A stretch of DNA of 64,000 nt from Mobula hypostoma (GCF_963921235.1 NC_086108.1:72852001-72916000), one strand, 5' to 3'. Counted from the first letter of the stretch, positions 36,727 to 49,804 are shown. Notes: generated from the letters alone by a model not told the origin. Translations and numbers: made by a program.

Positions 36727-37572
36727 AGATGGTGCTAGTGAATAACGTGACCAAGGGCAACATGCTCCCGACAGTTCACAAAACTACTTAATTCACTTCT
36801 TTTACATCTTCCTTTTCTTTCATATGTGGTTCTTCTATTGTTGGAGCCTGTGATCTACAGCCTGATGGTGCGTTTTCAAGCCAATTGAGCGATCTGGCAC
36901 TTTGTTGTCTCCGAGTGGTTTCCCTGAGGCATGTGTCCTTGAGGTCAAGAAGCCTGGAGCCCACAATGGATTCTGTTTCTCACTGATCTTGCCAATTAAA
37001 GATTGAAATCATTGAGGCGAGTTTGGAAGGTGGGCTAGTGTTCAGTGTCGTCTACCAGCTTCTCACTTACTACTGCTGGAGGAAGAAGTCTCTCCCTCTC
37101 GCTCGCTAATCCCGAGGAAGGTCCTTGCATTCAAATGGTCCCGCTCTCCCTTGATGTTGCCTGAGGATGGTGCCAGAGTCCTGAGTCTTGGGCAAGGTTT
37201 AATCGATGCAGTTTGTGGATCGCACTCTGTAGTTCACGTTATGATGTGTTTCCGGTTTCTGGCTGCTCCTCTTTTTGTTGCTATTTTGGGCAACTTTGAA
37301 TCAGGGCGGCCTGCAAATAATGAACACTGAGCTGAACTAAATATGCCTGGACTCATTTGATTTTGTGCTTTATACTTCGAGCTTTTCTCTCTTTTTTTGT
37401 AGCTGTTTGTGTGATTTGTTGTTTTTTTTTGCACAAGGGGGTTGAATGTTTTTCTTTGAACAGGTTCCACAGTTTTCTTCATTTTGTGGTTGTCTGTGGG
37501 AAAGGCAAATCTCAGTGTTGTTTACCATATGAATACCGATAATAAATGTACTTTAAATCTTTGAGTCTTTGA
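36727..37572 (+). mobile_element. Non-coding retroelement with Rex1-type 3' tail
   Basis: Starts aagatggtgc; ends aataaatgtactttaaatctttgagtctttga; both ends homologous to 45045-45825. Confidence 0.65.
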
Positions 37573-37939
37573 AAACAACAGGCCACATTACTGAGCTTTG
37601 CAGAACATCACTGGTCAAAAAATGGCCGTTAGAATAACAACCTTCCACTTCAATCTTTTATCTCTTATGGCCAAGCCAATTCTGAATCCAATCTATCTGA
37701 CCACCCTGGAACTCTTGTACATTAATTTGTGGATCAGCCTACCACAGGGGATCTTGGCAAATGTCTTTCTGGAGTCCATGTATAGACAATATCCACGCCC
37801 CTTCACTCATAGATCATATTTGTCTGCTCCCAAAAGAACTCAGTCAAGTTCATAAGATGACCTACTCTGCACAAGGTCATATTAACTAGTCCTAATAAGC
37901 CCATGCTTTTCCAAATGTGGTATGTCTTATTTTTGTCTT

Positions 37940-38740
37940 ATGCACTGAGGTAAAGAGTAAAGCTTATCTTGCTTATATTGCATACAAATCAGATTACTAC
38001 ACAGTGCATTGAGGTAGTACAAGGTAAAACAGTAACAGAGTGCTGAATAAAGTTCATCATCCACAAAGTGTGGTTCAAGTAGACAATAAGATGCAAGATC
38101 GTAATGAGATATTCTGTGAGGTCAAGAATCCATGTGATGTACTAGAGAACCAGTCAATAGTCTTATAACAGCGGGGTAGAAGCTGTCCTTGAGCAGGGTG
38201 GTACATGCTTTTAGGCTTATGTATCTTCTGCCTGAGATGAGAAGGGAGAATGTCCGGGGTTTGTAGGATATTTGATGATGCCAGCTGCTTTACTGAGTCA
38301 ATAAGGAGTATAGACAGATTTCTTGGGGGGAGGCTTATTCAGTGGTATGCTGCATTGGTTCACAACACTCTGCTGTTTCTTGTGATCAGAGCAGAGCAGA
38401 TGCCATGCTAAGTGTGATGCATCTGGATGAACACCTTCTATGGTTCATTGGTAAGAGTTGATGGGGACACGCCAAATTTGTTAGCCTTCTGAGCCCTGGT
38501 GAGCTGTCTTAGCCATAGCATCTATGTGCTGGACCAAGACAGGTTGCTGGTGATGTTGACTCCTAGGAATTTGAAGCTCTCAACCACCTTAACCTCAACA
38601 CCGTAGATTAAATCATGAGCATGCATACTACCCACCCTCCTGAACTCAATGACCAACTCTTTGGTTTTTGTTGACATTGAAACAGCAAAGGTTATTTTCA
38701 TGATGCCATGTTACTACACACTCTATTGTCTTTCCCAGCA
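37940..38740 (-). mobile_element. Old Rex1/Babar-type LINE 3' portion
   Basis: Homologous to 19430-20165. Confidence 0.65.
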
Positions 38741-39934
38741 ATCTCCTCTCTTGCCACTGTCAATCACCTGGGGGGGTCTCCATCCGACCCAGGGGACAAA
38801 ACCACATATCAATATTCCTCAAGAAATCCAACCCTTCCTTGATATCGACATGCCCTGAAATATTAGCATACTCATCCCTGACCTCACTAACTCCAATGTC
38901 TGTCTCCTTTTATGAATTATTTATTGCACTTTTAATAGTTCAACATTGTAAATTGCTGTTTAAAAATAAAACTTTTACTGTCACTCTTATTTAAAATTGT
39001 TTTACAAAACTAAAATGATGAATTAAAACTTATATCTTAGTTCTAAGGATCCAATAGTGTATTCTCAACAAGGCCCTGGTCTGTCACTGGACTCCCTACG
39101 GAGTCGGGCACTGCAGCACAGGCCGGGAATTGCTAATCAATAATTTGGGGACTTCTGCATTCCCATAGGTGTGGGATTTCTGCTGAAAACTATTGGCAGG
39201 TGAATGCTTTTCATCAGTAAGGAGAAACCTCAGTTAGCAAAACCAAGCCACATAAACTGCAACATTATCCATTTCATTGTCAGTTGTCCATGATACATGG
39301 GTAGGGGTAAGGTAAGTAAAGGGAAGAGGTGTGTTATCAAATACAAACTATTATTGGAATGTTCAAGCAATAAGTTGTAATATTGATTTTGTATAAAATG
39401 AAAGTTAATTATCTAATACAGGCATTTCCCTGTTAATGACAAAGACTTAGAAATTCTATGATACAGCTTAATGTTTACAGAAAGTAGCTGATTGCATTTC
39501 AGTGAGAAGCCTTCTGTTACACAAAATCAGGGGCTTACTGCAGGACTTGTAAAGCCCGTAATTTTCCTTCTTGGTTCTTCCAGAGGCTGACACACTAGTG
39601 TGTGGATCTGCTTGCACTTGCACTGTGTTATCCAGCAGAATGCAAAGCATGCACTATTTCTGTGAGGTTCCATCTCTTCCACTATCTGGGCCTATTAATA
39701 GGAGTTCAGGTACTCTTAAGCTTCCTGGTTTCTCAATATTCTTACTATAAGTATAACAAATTCCCCCCTATGATTTCAATCCTTAATTACTTCTAGTTTT
39801 CATGAAACAAACACGGCGTGTGCTATTCTAGTTAGATAACATGGACCTCCATTTCCACAAAGGACGATGACAGCAAGCAACTGAGAACATCACCAACTTT
39901 CAGGTTGCTCTCCGATGTTTAGAAGCTGCAATGA

Positions 39935-40105
39935 TGCATCATCATTACAGGGTCTAAATCTTGAAATCCCCTACCTAACTACACTAGGGTATCTTTAGCA
40001 GAAGGACCGCAATGCTTCAAGATTGCTGCTCAACACCACCTTTTCAAGGGCAATTAAGAGTGGATGAGAAATGTCAGACCTATCAGCAACACCCACGTCC
40101 TGTAA
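39935..40105 (+). mobile_element. Old CR1-group LINE 3' end
   Basis: ttcaag..gctcaacaccaccttttcaagggcaatta..acccacgtcc terminus recalled from chondrichthyan LINEs. Confidence 0.55.
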
Positions 40106-41412
40106 GACTGTATAAAAACAAGTGAAATTATGACAGTGTAAACTTGTCAGTGTAAGCATTTCCTGTTTCTTATTTTGTAGGGCACGTTCTGAGACATATT
40201 GCTATCAAAATGGTTTCTTCAGCTCTATGCTGGAATACCAGCTTCTGTTTTTTAAGCACGTATTAAGTATGTCGGAAAGAAATCAGATAAGCCATTACTG
40301 TTTACTAAGGGATTTATATGTCTGGGAAAGTCATCACTAAGTGCATCCAAGTACCAGAAACAATTAACATGAGGCACCAATTTATTAATCAACATAATGT
40401 AAACAGAACCGTCTGAAGATAGACTGCATTTGTCCAACACTGGGTGTGGACATTGCCAAAACTATTGACGTAAATAACTTAAGCGTGTGTTATGGAGTTT
40501 CCTCTTCAAGTAAAGTGTTGCCGCGTCTTGGATTGACTTCTCAAGGCAAGGCTGTTTTTTGAAGGGTTTTGTGGTTAGAAAGTTTGGGCATATTTTCCTT
40601 AACCTGGAATCAACAGATTCAGACCTGACATGATTCCATGGTAGGAAAGTTTATATCATTTAGTCTAACATATAGGATAAGGGCAGCTACTCCCTTGTTT
40701 ATCTTTGTTTCTAATAGCTTCAAAGGGAACCATTCAAGGGAATATGGGGTCACTTAAATAACCCTTTTATAAATTGATTTGAAGCTGGCGTTCTATTTGA
40801 TTCGATTTCAGTAACTTGTCGTTTGCTACCGTAAAAGAGTAAATCCCTCAATCAACTCATTTTGCAGTGCATCATAGTTTAAGAGTGTCTGGGCTGGCTG
40901 TTATTAATGAATGTTTCAGTGGATGGGTAGCTTATGGAAATTCTAAAGTCAAAGACAACAAACGTGTCTAATACTCACCCAAGCCATGCTGTCCAGATAG
41001 CATTGCTTACAAGATCTTGTCTCAGTTCACAGAACACATGCTTACTAATAAGATCTAAATTTAGTGTGAACTGCACAAGATTTCCAAGAAAGTTAAAAAT
41101 GTGTCAATATTAACTGCAGACAAGAATGTTAGATTAAATCACATGTTTCTATCAGGGACTTGGAGCCTTTTGTATTTAGCAGTGTTAGAAAAATAATAAA
41201 ATTCAAACCAAAAATTAAATGTGTACTAAAGATCAAAATAAAACCACACCCAAGCCCCTAAATGACTTGTGCACAAATTATATCAAATAAAATGGACTAA
41301 AGTAGGTTATAAGACAATACAGATCTTGATTATGGATGAGTTACTTTTTTCATGAAGGCTTTCATCTGCTTTTCATAATACCAAATACTGTACTCAATTA
41401 TTTTGGAGGTCT

Positions 41413-42945
41413 TAATAATATAATAACTTATTGATAGAGCACTCTTCATACAAATGATGTAGTTCAAAGTGCTTTACAATGGGATAAAGTGCAAACATGA
41501 AAATAAAAGACAAAATGATGTTAGTTAAAAGCAAGGTTAAAGAAACAGCTTTTGAGCTGGCACTTAGAAATGTCAATTGAGTCTGCATCCCTTATAGTTT
41601 TAGGTATTGAGTTCCATGGTTGAGAAGCATAATTTAAAAAAAAAGCTGACTTGGCAATTTTCTTTTGAGGGAGATTGTTTAAGTTTAAGGGACTGGCGGA
41701 AGTAGACCTCAGCTTAAACAAGATTATATAACCAAAGTGATTCTGTGCTGTACTCTGGAAAGCTTTAAAACCAAGTAAGAGAACTTTAAAGTCAATTCTT
41801 AAAGATACAGGAAGCCAAGGCAGGTGTCTCTTCATTCAGATTTTAGTTAAAAGTCTAGTAGCAACACTCTGAATGAGCTTAAGTTTATCAATAGATTGCT
41901 TTGGAAGGCCAGTAAAATGTGCATTGCAGTAATCTAGTCTATTCAATATAAAGGTGTGAATTAGTTTTTCAACATCAGTATGTGATAAAAACAGATGTAC
42001 CCCTATAATATTTCTTAAATGTAGAAATGCTGCTCTGGTCACTGTCATTATGAGGGATTTAAAATTCAAACCTGAATCAAGGATAACAACCATGCTATTT
42101 ACTTCTGATTTTACAGCAGGAGCCAAGTTCCCAAGTTTATCAAGAAGATTATCTCCTTAGGCTTTGGGACCAACTAAAAGTATTTCAGTTTTATCTTCAT
42201 TTAGAAATTGTTGCTCATTCATTTGTTTATTTTAGCCATACCAGAAGTCAGAGAAGATGGGGTGTTTTCATCATCAGGCTCAACCGAGATATACAACTGT
42301 GTGTCATCTACATAACTCTGGAAATCAAGTTTATGCTCTCTAATGATGCCACTTAAGATGTTACCTAAGGGGAGCATGCATAAAGAGAAGAGTAGGGGAC
42401 CAAGACAGCTTCTCTGAGCAACACCAAAAGCTATATCGTATCACCTAGAAAGATGGTCTCCAAGAGAGACAAAAAAAAATTCTTTCTGAAATATATGAGC
42501 GAAACCAATTAAAGGTGCTGCCAGAGGCCAACCCATTTCTCAAGGCAATCTAGGAAAATGTTGTGGCTAATTGTGTCAAAGGCACCACTTGTATCTAGGA
42601 GAATTATAAATGAGACCTTGTTAGCATCAATGTTGAGCCTCTGGTCATTGACAGTTTTGAGAAGGGCCATTTACTTGCTGTGGTTTGCACTGGAACCTGA
42701 TTAACACTTTTCTAGAATATTGTTCTAAGTAAGAATGTTGTTGAGTTGGTTGAAAATAACGTTTCTCAAGAATCTTACCCAGGAAGGGAAGATTTGATAT
42801 AGGCCTGTAGTTAGCTAGTACCTCACTATCAAGGTTTGGCTTTTTAAGTAGGGGTTTGACAGCCACAATTTTGAAGGCGTCTGGAAATGTTTCCAGTTTC
42901 AAAGGATGTGTTAATAATTTTTCCAACGTAACTGAAAACACTATT
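41413..42945 (-). mobile_element. L2-clade LINE RT and 3' end (decayed)
   Basis: KPLLKKPNLD..NYRPISNLPFLGKILEK; RLDYCNAHFTGLP; LPWLPVSLRIDFKVLLL; (tta)n tail. Confidence 0.9.
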
Positions 42946-43199
42946 AAAAGAATCCTTAGAAGTCTTCTGCAATACTAAGAGGAAAAGGGTTCTATATAGC
43001 CTTCTGTTAAACATCAGATATATAAAAGCAAGTATCCAGGCCTGCTAATTAGGGTTGCTTGGATCGCACAAGTGGAACACTAAACTTGTATTCCACCGAC
43101 AGTTACCTATTAATCTCGGCATAGTGCACAGGCAAAGGGAACATTTCAAAATAACATCAAAATCAGCCTGAAGAAATTCAACATTATATCTTAAAAACT

Positions 43200-43485
43200 G
43201 GGAAGACATTGCACTTAGTAGATAAACCTAGAAGAAATCCATTCAAGAGGGAGCTGTGCTACATGTGAACGACCTCTGCACTGCTGCTAAGAACAAGTAG
43301 CAGCTGCACAAGGAGAAACCGAGAAACCAAAAGATCCGACCATTAACCACAGCCACCACTTACTCTTGTCCACCCTGCACCAGAATATGTGGATCCTGGA
43401 CTGGTCTCACCAAAGACAACCTTTTAGGAGAAAATGTCAAACTTAATTTGAGTGATTGTATTATTACTACTATTACTATGACTAG
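43200..43485 (+). mobile_element. RTE/BovB-like LINE 3' remnant
   Basis: tgtccaccctgcaccagaatatgtggatcctggactggtctc reads CPPCTRICGSWTGL (C-terminal zinc motif); (tac/tat)n tail. Confidence 0.6.
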
Positions 43486-43635
43486 TAGTGAATTCCAACT
43501 GATAGGGGAGTATGTGGCTATGTTTAGGTCAGTGTATTTAAGTTGAGTCCATCAGAAAGATAAAATCATCTATTTTGTAAGTAGTCTGAGCACTGTTTAT
43601 TTTAAAATCATGTAGAACACCATGAAGAATTTTTC

Positions 43636-43825
43636 AACACCCACAAAATGCTGGAGAAACTCGACAGGCTGAGCAGCAACTATGGAAAAGAGGCTGCCTA
43701 AGGGTCTCGGCTCGAAACATCGACTGTACTCTTTTTCATAGATGCTGCCTAGCCTGCTGAGTTCCTCCAGCATTTTGTGTGTGCTGACTGGATTTTCAGC
43801 ATCGGCAGATTTTCTCTTGTTTGTG
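43636..43825. mobile_element. Short PLE-derived insertion with inverted pLTR arms
   Basis: Arms 43635-43692 and 43729-43786; agggtctcggctcgaaacatcgactg in the loop; perfect TSD atgaagaatttttc (43622-43635, 43826-43839). Confidence 0.9.
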
Positions 43826-45044
43826 ATGAAGAATTTTTCCTTTTCTCTACTGAGTGGAATCATGTTGCTAATAGAGATTTTGACTACCAACAAAAACAAT
43901 TGCTCTTTAATCAGTGGCATCTTAATTGGGGATCTTGCTATTTGTCACTTAAGAGAGAGACCTGTTAGAAAGATAATTTTTCTTAAAATGTAAACATCTT
44001 TTACTGCTCTTCTAGTGTGTTTGGAATTTTTTTGTTAAAGAGTAATTGCTAACAATGTAATGAAGGGTGTTGCCTTAATATTGTCTTGTTGCAGATACCA
44101 TCAAAAATACATCCATTGCCTAATTCTTGGCTTGGATTTATCACTGAGCCTCAGAGTAAAGAAATGAAGTGAACATTAATAATGAAGCAATCATTACCTT
44201 ACATTTGTTTCAGATGATGCTTTCTTTGTTGTTTGTATCATTATTGCCAAAAATTCTTAGACATGATATTGTTCAGTTGTAGCTCACCATCAGCAGTGTG
44301 GAAGGATTTTTGGAGTGCACAGTGCAGTAAGGTCATGGAATAGTGGCTGTCTTTGTCCTGCCCTTTATTACTGAATAACTTGCCAGATGATTTCTGTCTC
44401 AGCATACAACTGCCAAATAATTACAGAATGCTGGCATGCCCTAATGTACTTCAGCTTTGTGAGGGTACTGAGAAATGAGGAGAAAAATAACTAAGGGAAA
44501 GTAAAGATTTCTACTCTGTGTCCCTGAGAATTTAAAATGTGGACATGTGTTATGAATTAATGATTTTCTTCTTGTGCCAGTCACTGTAGCCGAAGTTCAT
44601 TCCAATGACAGGCACATCACAAAGCTCATGAGCTGGCCTCACCAAGTTCTTCAGCTGTATAGTTTCGAGCTTTGAAAAGTGAGGAGGTTCAACAGTTCGA
44701 CATAGTGTATCACTGTAGTCACAGGTCTCAGACATTTTACTGGCTTATTTTATTCTATTCATTAGTGTACTCTTGATTAACCACCTTGTGTTTGGAGCAA
44801 CCTTCTGGGTGGTCCATTCATCCCCTGCTCCCGTTGAAATTTAATGCCCAGGTTGACCCCACTTATATTTATTGTGCTTGATACATAATGGCATGGATGG
44901 CACTGTCACTGACTCCCCTTGTTGTCAGGAGGAAACTCCTGTCTGATGGCCTCTGTTTAATTCTGATTGGTTAGAACATCTATACAGAATGTGTTCCTCA
45001 TCGTGCTGTTACATTATAAAGTAATGTTGTTGAAGAAAAAAAAA

Positions 45045-45825
45045 TCTATTATCCACAGTTCAAAGTATGCAGCCCTGAGATTTGTCTTCCTGATGACAGC
45101 CACAAGTCAAAGAAACACCATGGAACCCGTTCAAAGAAAAATTTCAGGCACCCAAAGCGTGGAAGAAAGAACAAATTGCGCTAACAGCAAAAAACAAGCA
45201 AATAACACACATCAAACTGCAGAGTCCTTGAAACAAACTGGGAATGTTCAATTTAGTTCAGTTCAGCTGTGTCATTCACTGACTGCAGACCGCAGAGTCA
45301 GTGTGCCCTGATCAAAGTTGTGTAAAATAGCAGTAAACAATGCAGTAACCAGAAACAAGTATAACATGAACTGCAGAGTCCTTTAAAATCAACTCCAATC
45401 CACAAACTGCACCAATCAAACCTTGCCCAAGAGCTAAGGCTCCAGCACCTTCCTCCAGCAGCAACAAGCTAGAGGGAGACCATTCAAACGTAGGCAGACA
45501 GTGCTGAACACTCATTCACCTTCCGCTGTCGTCCTTGTTGATTTCAATCTTGTTCAACACTTTAATCAGCAAGATTGGCGAGAAATGGTATCAATCATGG
45601 GAGCGTGCCCATGGTGCCCAGGCCACACACTCTGCACCAAACGTCACCAAACTTCCTCTGAGACGGCAAAGAGCCAGACTGGCCCAAAAACACACTATCA
45701 CAATGTAAATCACAGGTTTCAATTGCATGCAGCTTAGTATTGAATCATTTTTGAAAGAGGAAGAAGTAGTTTCATGAATTGTCTGAAGAACAGTTGGTTG
45801 CATTGTTCACTAGTGTGTCTTGATC
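45045..45825 (-). mobile_element. Non-coding retroelement with Rex1-type tail (same family as 36727-37572)
   Basis: Shared segments tggaacccgttcaaagaaaa, atttagttcagttcag, aagtagtttcatgaattgtc. Confidence 0.6.
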
Positions 45826-47214
45826 TTCCCAACTTCAATTCAAAATAAAAGACATGGAAGAAATTACATTTTAAATAATAGAAATATATGAATAGTGTTT
45901 TGCATTGCTTTGTTGAATGCCATCCTGAGAGATACCATAGGATAACACAAGAGTGAGCCCCAGACCTTCGTACATAGTTTTTAAAGCAGAGAATATTATT
46001 CTGGACGTGTATCAGCATCCTCCCTGTCTGCAATGCCAACTGCAACTAATGGTTTCTTTTTATGCATGGAATAACGGCAGCTCCATGGGAGGTTTAACTA
46101 CTAACTTCCCTGCTGAATGATAAGGATCTCTCTATGATAAACATCAGTGGCTTAGGCCATCACTTTAAGGCAATGTCATTTTGAATAATAGCACATCTGT
46201 GAATTCCTGTAAATGAAGCAGTTTGTATTAACTGATTATTTTTTAGAATCAGCATTATATACCGTGCTTGAAAGGCAAATAAAAGACAGCCATCCTTCAT
46301 GTAAGATCATTGGGAGTACTGTGGGCTTTCTCACCATTAATTAAAAAGCCAATTACACTGCAGCTCTTGTGTTAATTCAGATATTGCTCTATCACCGCAG
46401 TGCAGGATCTGCAGTGTGAATGTAGAGTAAGACATCAAATTTCATCACAAGTGAATTGATCAGAAGTGGTGAGGGGCTGCCCTGAAGTAATCTTTCACTC
46501 CAGCAACAGTGGGTCTGGCTGGCACAAAGTTTTACCATTTTCAAGAGTCATTACTTATTTTAGAAAGGCCCAAGAAGCACAAATGCCAAGAAGTGTGTCT
46601 GCATGTGATTCTATTATAACAAGGGGAGAAACCATGTTCAAAAGGATCGGTTCTCTTTTACACCGGCCATTAACAATAATCAGAGTGCAGTTCTTAGTTA
46701 ATGAAAAGAACACATTTTCTCCCATAACATTCCTGAGGCACCTCGAACGTAGGAGTAGATGGTGCTATTGTTCAATTCCTCTGAATTATTTTGCATGGAA
46801 GACTGTCTGCCATACTCTACAGATGTTAAAGAAATTTAGGTATTTTAAGCATTCCTAAAGTGTTTGAAAGAAGCCAAATATATCCACTGGAGAGAGAAAA
46901 AACTAGGGATTTGTTATACCCATGATCAAATTTTATTGGAGTTAAATTTTATTTTATCTCGAAACATAAACTTACCCATTCTCTATTTGACTATGAATTT
47001 TAGCCAGCAAATTACTATTACTCAAGTGCTGTTGAAAGTAAGTTGAGGAGCAGGTTGGCGCTTTGCTTGACCTCAGTTTGTATTTACTGAGTCTGTGGTG
47101 GACTAACTAGTCAGGAACATGGTTTATGAGTAAAATGTAGCAAATATAGAATGGTGATTTATTTCTGAGAACACAACCTTGAGAAGGATTCACCACAAAT
47201 CTCATAGCCATCTG

Positions 47215-47515
47215 TACTAGCACATTATCTGTTTTTTTTTTCTTATTGTTCTGCTTGAACTGGCTATTTTTGCTTCTCATTAAAATAGTGACTACACTTC
47301 AGAAATTGCTTAATTAGCTTTGATGTGATTTGGCATGACCTAGGCACTTGAATTTTCTAGACATAGAAGGTTAATGGCCAAGTGTTGGAGGTGAGTGCCC
47401 TCTAGTTAGTGCAGAGATGGTGAGCTAAATGGCCTGTTTGCACACCGCATAACTCTACAGCTGAATTTCTGGGACTCCAAGGCTGTGGAAGGAGTTATAG
47501 AAATGAAATCTTGTT
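47215..47515 (+). mobile_element. Deu-domain SINE 3' remnant with an inserted CR1 tail (~47350-47460)
   Basis: agtgactacacttcag..; gagctaaatggcctgt CR1-type tail. Confidence 0.5.
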
Positions 47516-47594
47516 TTATTTTTATACACTGAAGTTAAAACCAGTACTTTTTAGCCATTGATGAATCTAACCTCGTTTGAGTTTTTATGACTTT

Positions 47595-47670
47595 CACACA
47601 AAATGCTGGAGGAACTTAGCAGGCCAGGCAGCATCTATGAAGGGACATAAACAACCAATGTGTCAGGCCT
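47595..47670 (-). mobile_element. PLE pLTR fragment
   Basis: cacacaaaatgctggaggaacttagcaggccaggcagcatct. Confidence 0.75.
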
Positions 47671-48289
47671 TCACATAACCCTAACCCATTTATACTAGAC
47701 ATGGGAGATTGTTGAAGCCTGGTGATCACAGTCACAAGGTAACATCTTAATGTCTTTTGTTTTCATCTCCATTCTCTCCAGTTATTTTAATTGAGTAAGT
47801 AATATCAGTTACTGCAGCTAGTTTTCAAATCACACATTGACAAGGTGGAAACTCTAAGCACATTACAAATTTGGCACAAGGAAAAGATGTTTCTAAAGGA
47901 CAAATAATACTGCTGCATCTAACCCCTTGGCACCTGAACCATGTCTGTAACTCAAACAGTCCAGGGACATGTCAGAGAAAGCTGTCTTCATTGCTTCAAG
48001 ATGCCATCTGCTGCATTGTAATCTGGTTACAGAATCTGGGTTAGGCAGATCTCTTTCTGATACCATAGTATGTAGACAGATTAGTAGATTTTTTTCAAGC
48101 CACCTCTGGAGACAATTACCACAACAGAAGTACAACATAAAGCATAATCTTCAAATGAGTCTTAAACAACTGGCGTGCTCACATTGGCCAACAGGATGGT
48201 ACACGTAATTAATCAGTTGTGAACATGTAGTCCTTACATCAAACACATGATCACCATGAAGAGGAAAGGCTTGTAATATGCTCTTACTC

Positions 48290-48790
48290 TGTCTCTTTCT
48301 CCCTTCTCCTGGTCTACCCAATTCTTTCTTAGCACACCTCCCTCCATCTCCCCCCATCTGCCCATCACCCACGCATACCTCCCATTGGGTCTCCTTCTGC
48401 CAGTGTTCCTGTCTGCCCACCCACCTCTATTATTTGGGTTCATGGTCCACCTTCCTTTCCTGTTGGATTCCATCATCTGTGCAACCCTTTGTTGCCTTCA
48501 CCTATCACCTCCCAGCCTCTTTCACTATGTCCACCCTTCCCTCCTCCATCTGCCAGTCACTCCTCCTCGTCTGGATCCATCTGTCACTTGCCATCTACTG
48601 CTCCACTCCTTCCCCATCACATCATTACACTGGCTGTCTCCCCTCTACTCTTTCAGTCCAGATGAGAGTCTCCACCTGAAATACCAACTGTCCACTTCCT
48701 TCCACAGACGCTGCTTAACCCAGCAGCTGAGTTCCTCGAGCAGATTGTTTATTGCTGCAGATTCCAGTATCTACAGTCTCATGTGTTTCT
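48290..48790 (+). mobile_element. PLE 3' UTR/pLTR remnant
   Basis: Pyrimidine-rich UTR; decayed hammerhead tcagtccagatgag..ctgaaataccaactg; ctgagttcctc..gattccag end. Confidence 0.75.
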
Positions 48791-48984
48791 CTATTAAAAT
48801 GATATTGACCACAGTAAAATATTTGTCTCTGTGAGTAACCACTGAGCTGAAAAAAAAAACATTATGGCTTCATAGTGCCTACGTTGTCTGCAGAAACACC
48901 AACTGAGTCGCTCTGAAGTGAAAATAGTTATATTCTTATGGTCACTACTCAAGTATACAGTAAATCTACTTGTGAGCTGAGCAG

Positions 48985-49490
48985 GTTTTGCTTCTCTTCT
49001 GCTCACACCTTTCACTGGTTCCCCTCCTTTCATCCATGGTGCACTCTCCTCTCCGACTAGATTCTTTCTTAATTATTTACCTCTTCTACCTATCCCCACC
49101 CAGCTTCTTACTTCATTCTTATTTGGAACCACACTCTTACTTCATTCCCCCCCTTCCCCCAACCACCCACCACCCACCTATCCCCTCACTTGGTCTCACC
49201 TATCACCTGCCAGCTGGGATGGGAGAATAGTTTAGCTCATGGTGGAGTAGCCGAGCAGACTCGATGGGCCAAATGGCCTACTTCTGCTCCTTTGTCTTGT
49301 GATCTTGTGAGCTTGTATTCCTTCCCCTTCCCCCACCTTTTTTATTTAGTCTTCTGCCCCCTTCCTTTTACCTTGGCCCAAAACATCGGCTATTTATTGT
49401 CCTCCATAGATACTGCCTGACCTGCTGAGTTCCTTCAGCATTTTGCGTGTGTTGCTAAGATTCCCAGCATCTGCAGAATCTCTTGTGTTT
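48985..49490 (+). mobile_element. PLE 3' UTR/pLTR remnant with nested CR1 tail (49216-49309)
   Basis: ttggcccaaaacatcggct..ctgacctgctgagttcc..ccagcatctgcagaatctcttgtgttt; insert gagcagactcgatgggccaaatggcctacttctgctcc flanked by agct. Confidence 0.75.
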
Positions 49491-49804
49491 AAGTTTTTGC
49501 TTCCTTTTGATTTCAGCTCCTCCTAGCTTCACGCTTCGATGCCATTAAGAATCGGTATAAAAGGCTAATAGCTATGTCAATGGTTGGCATGTCATGTCCC
49601 AGTGGTTTATTAGTACCCAACATAATGTCATGCCATACTTCATGAGCCCCAGGAGAGGTTTCTGTGAGGAATGTGCACAACTTGACCTTGATCAACTTGC
49701 ACTTCTGCAGCAAAGTACAAGGAATGGGATTGACTGAGTTGTTTAATTACTGTCCTCTCTCCCTGTAAAAAGCTGCACTTTTAGCAGTGGTGGCCCTTGC
49801 ATTA

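Larger units (their letters stand above)
35375..37925 (-). mobile_element. Old CR1 LINE interrupted by Tc1 and a Rex1-tailed element
   Basis: ORF 35620..35811 VRTHLEHFVQ; RT remnants resume at 36609-36726 and 37575-37925. Confidence 0.75.

Noticed and set aside
39589..39602. 14-bp perfect palindrome acacactagtgtgt
   Set aside because: A few such palindromes are expected by chance in 64 kb; not a full T-box consensus
46466..46858. 130-aa plus-strand ORF
   Set aside because: GTG start, no recognisable homology and no splice context
48278..48834. Overlapping 133-aa and 149-aa ORFs
   Set aside because: Artefact of the pyrimidine-rich, stop-poor PLE UTR
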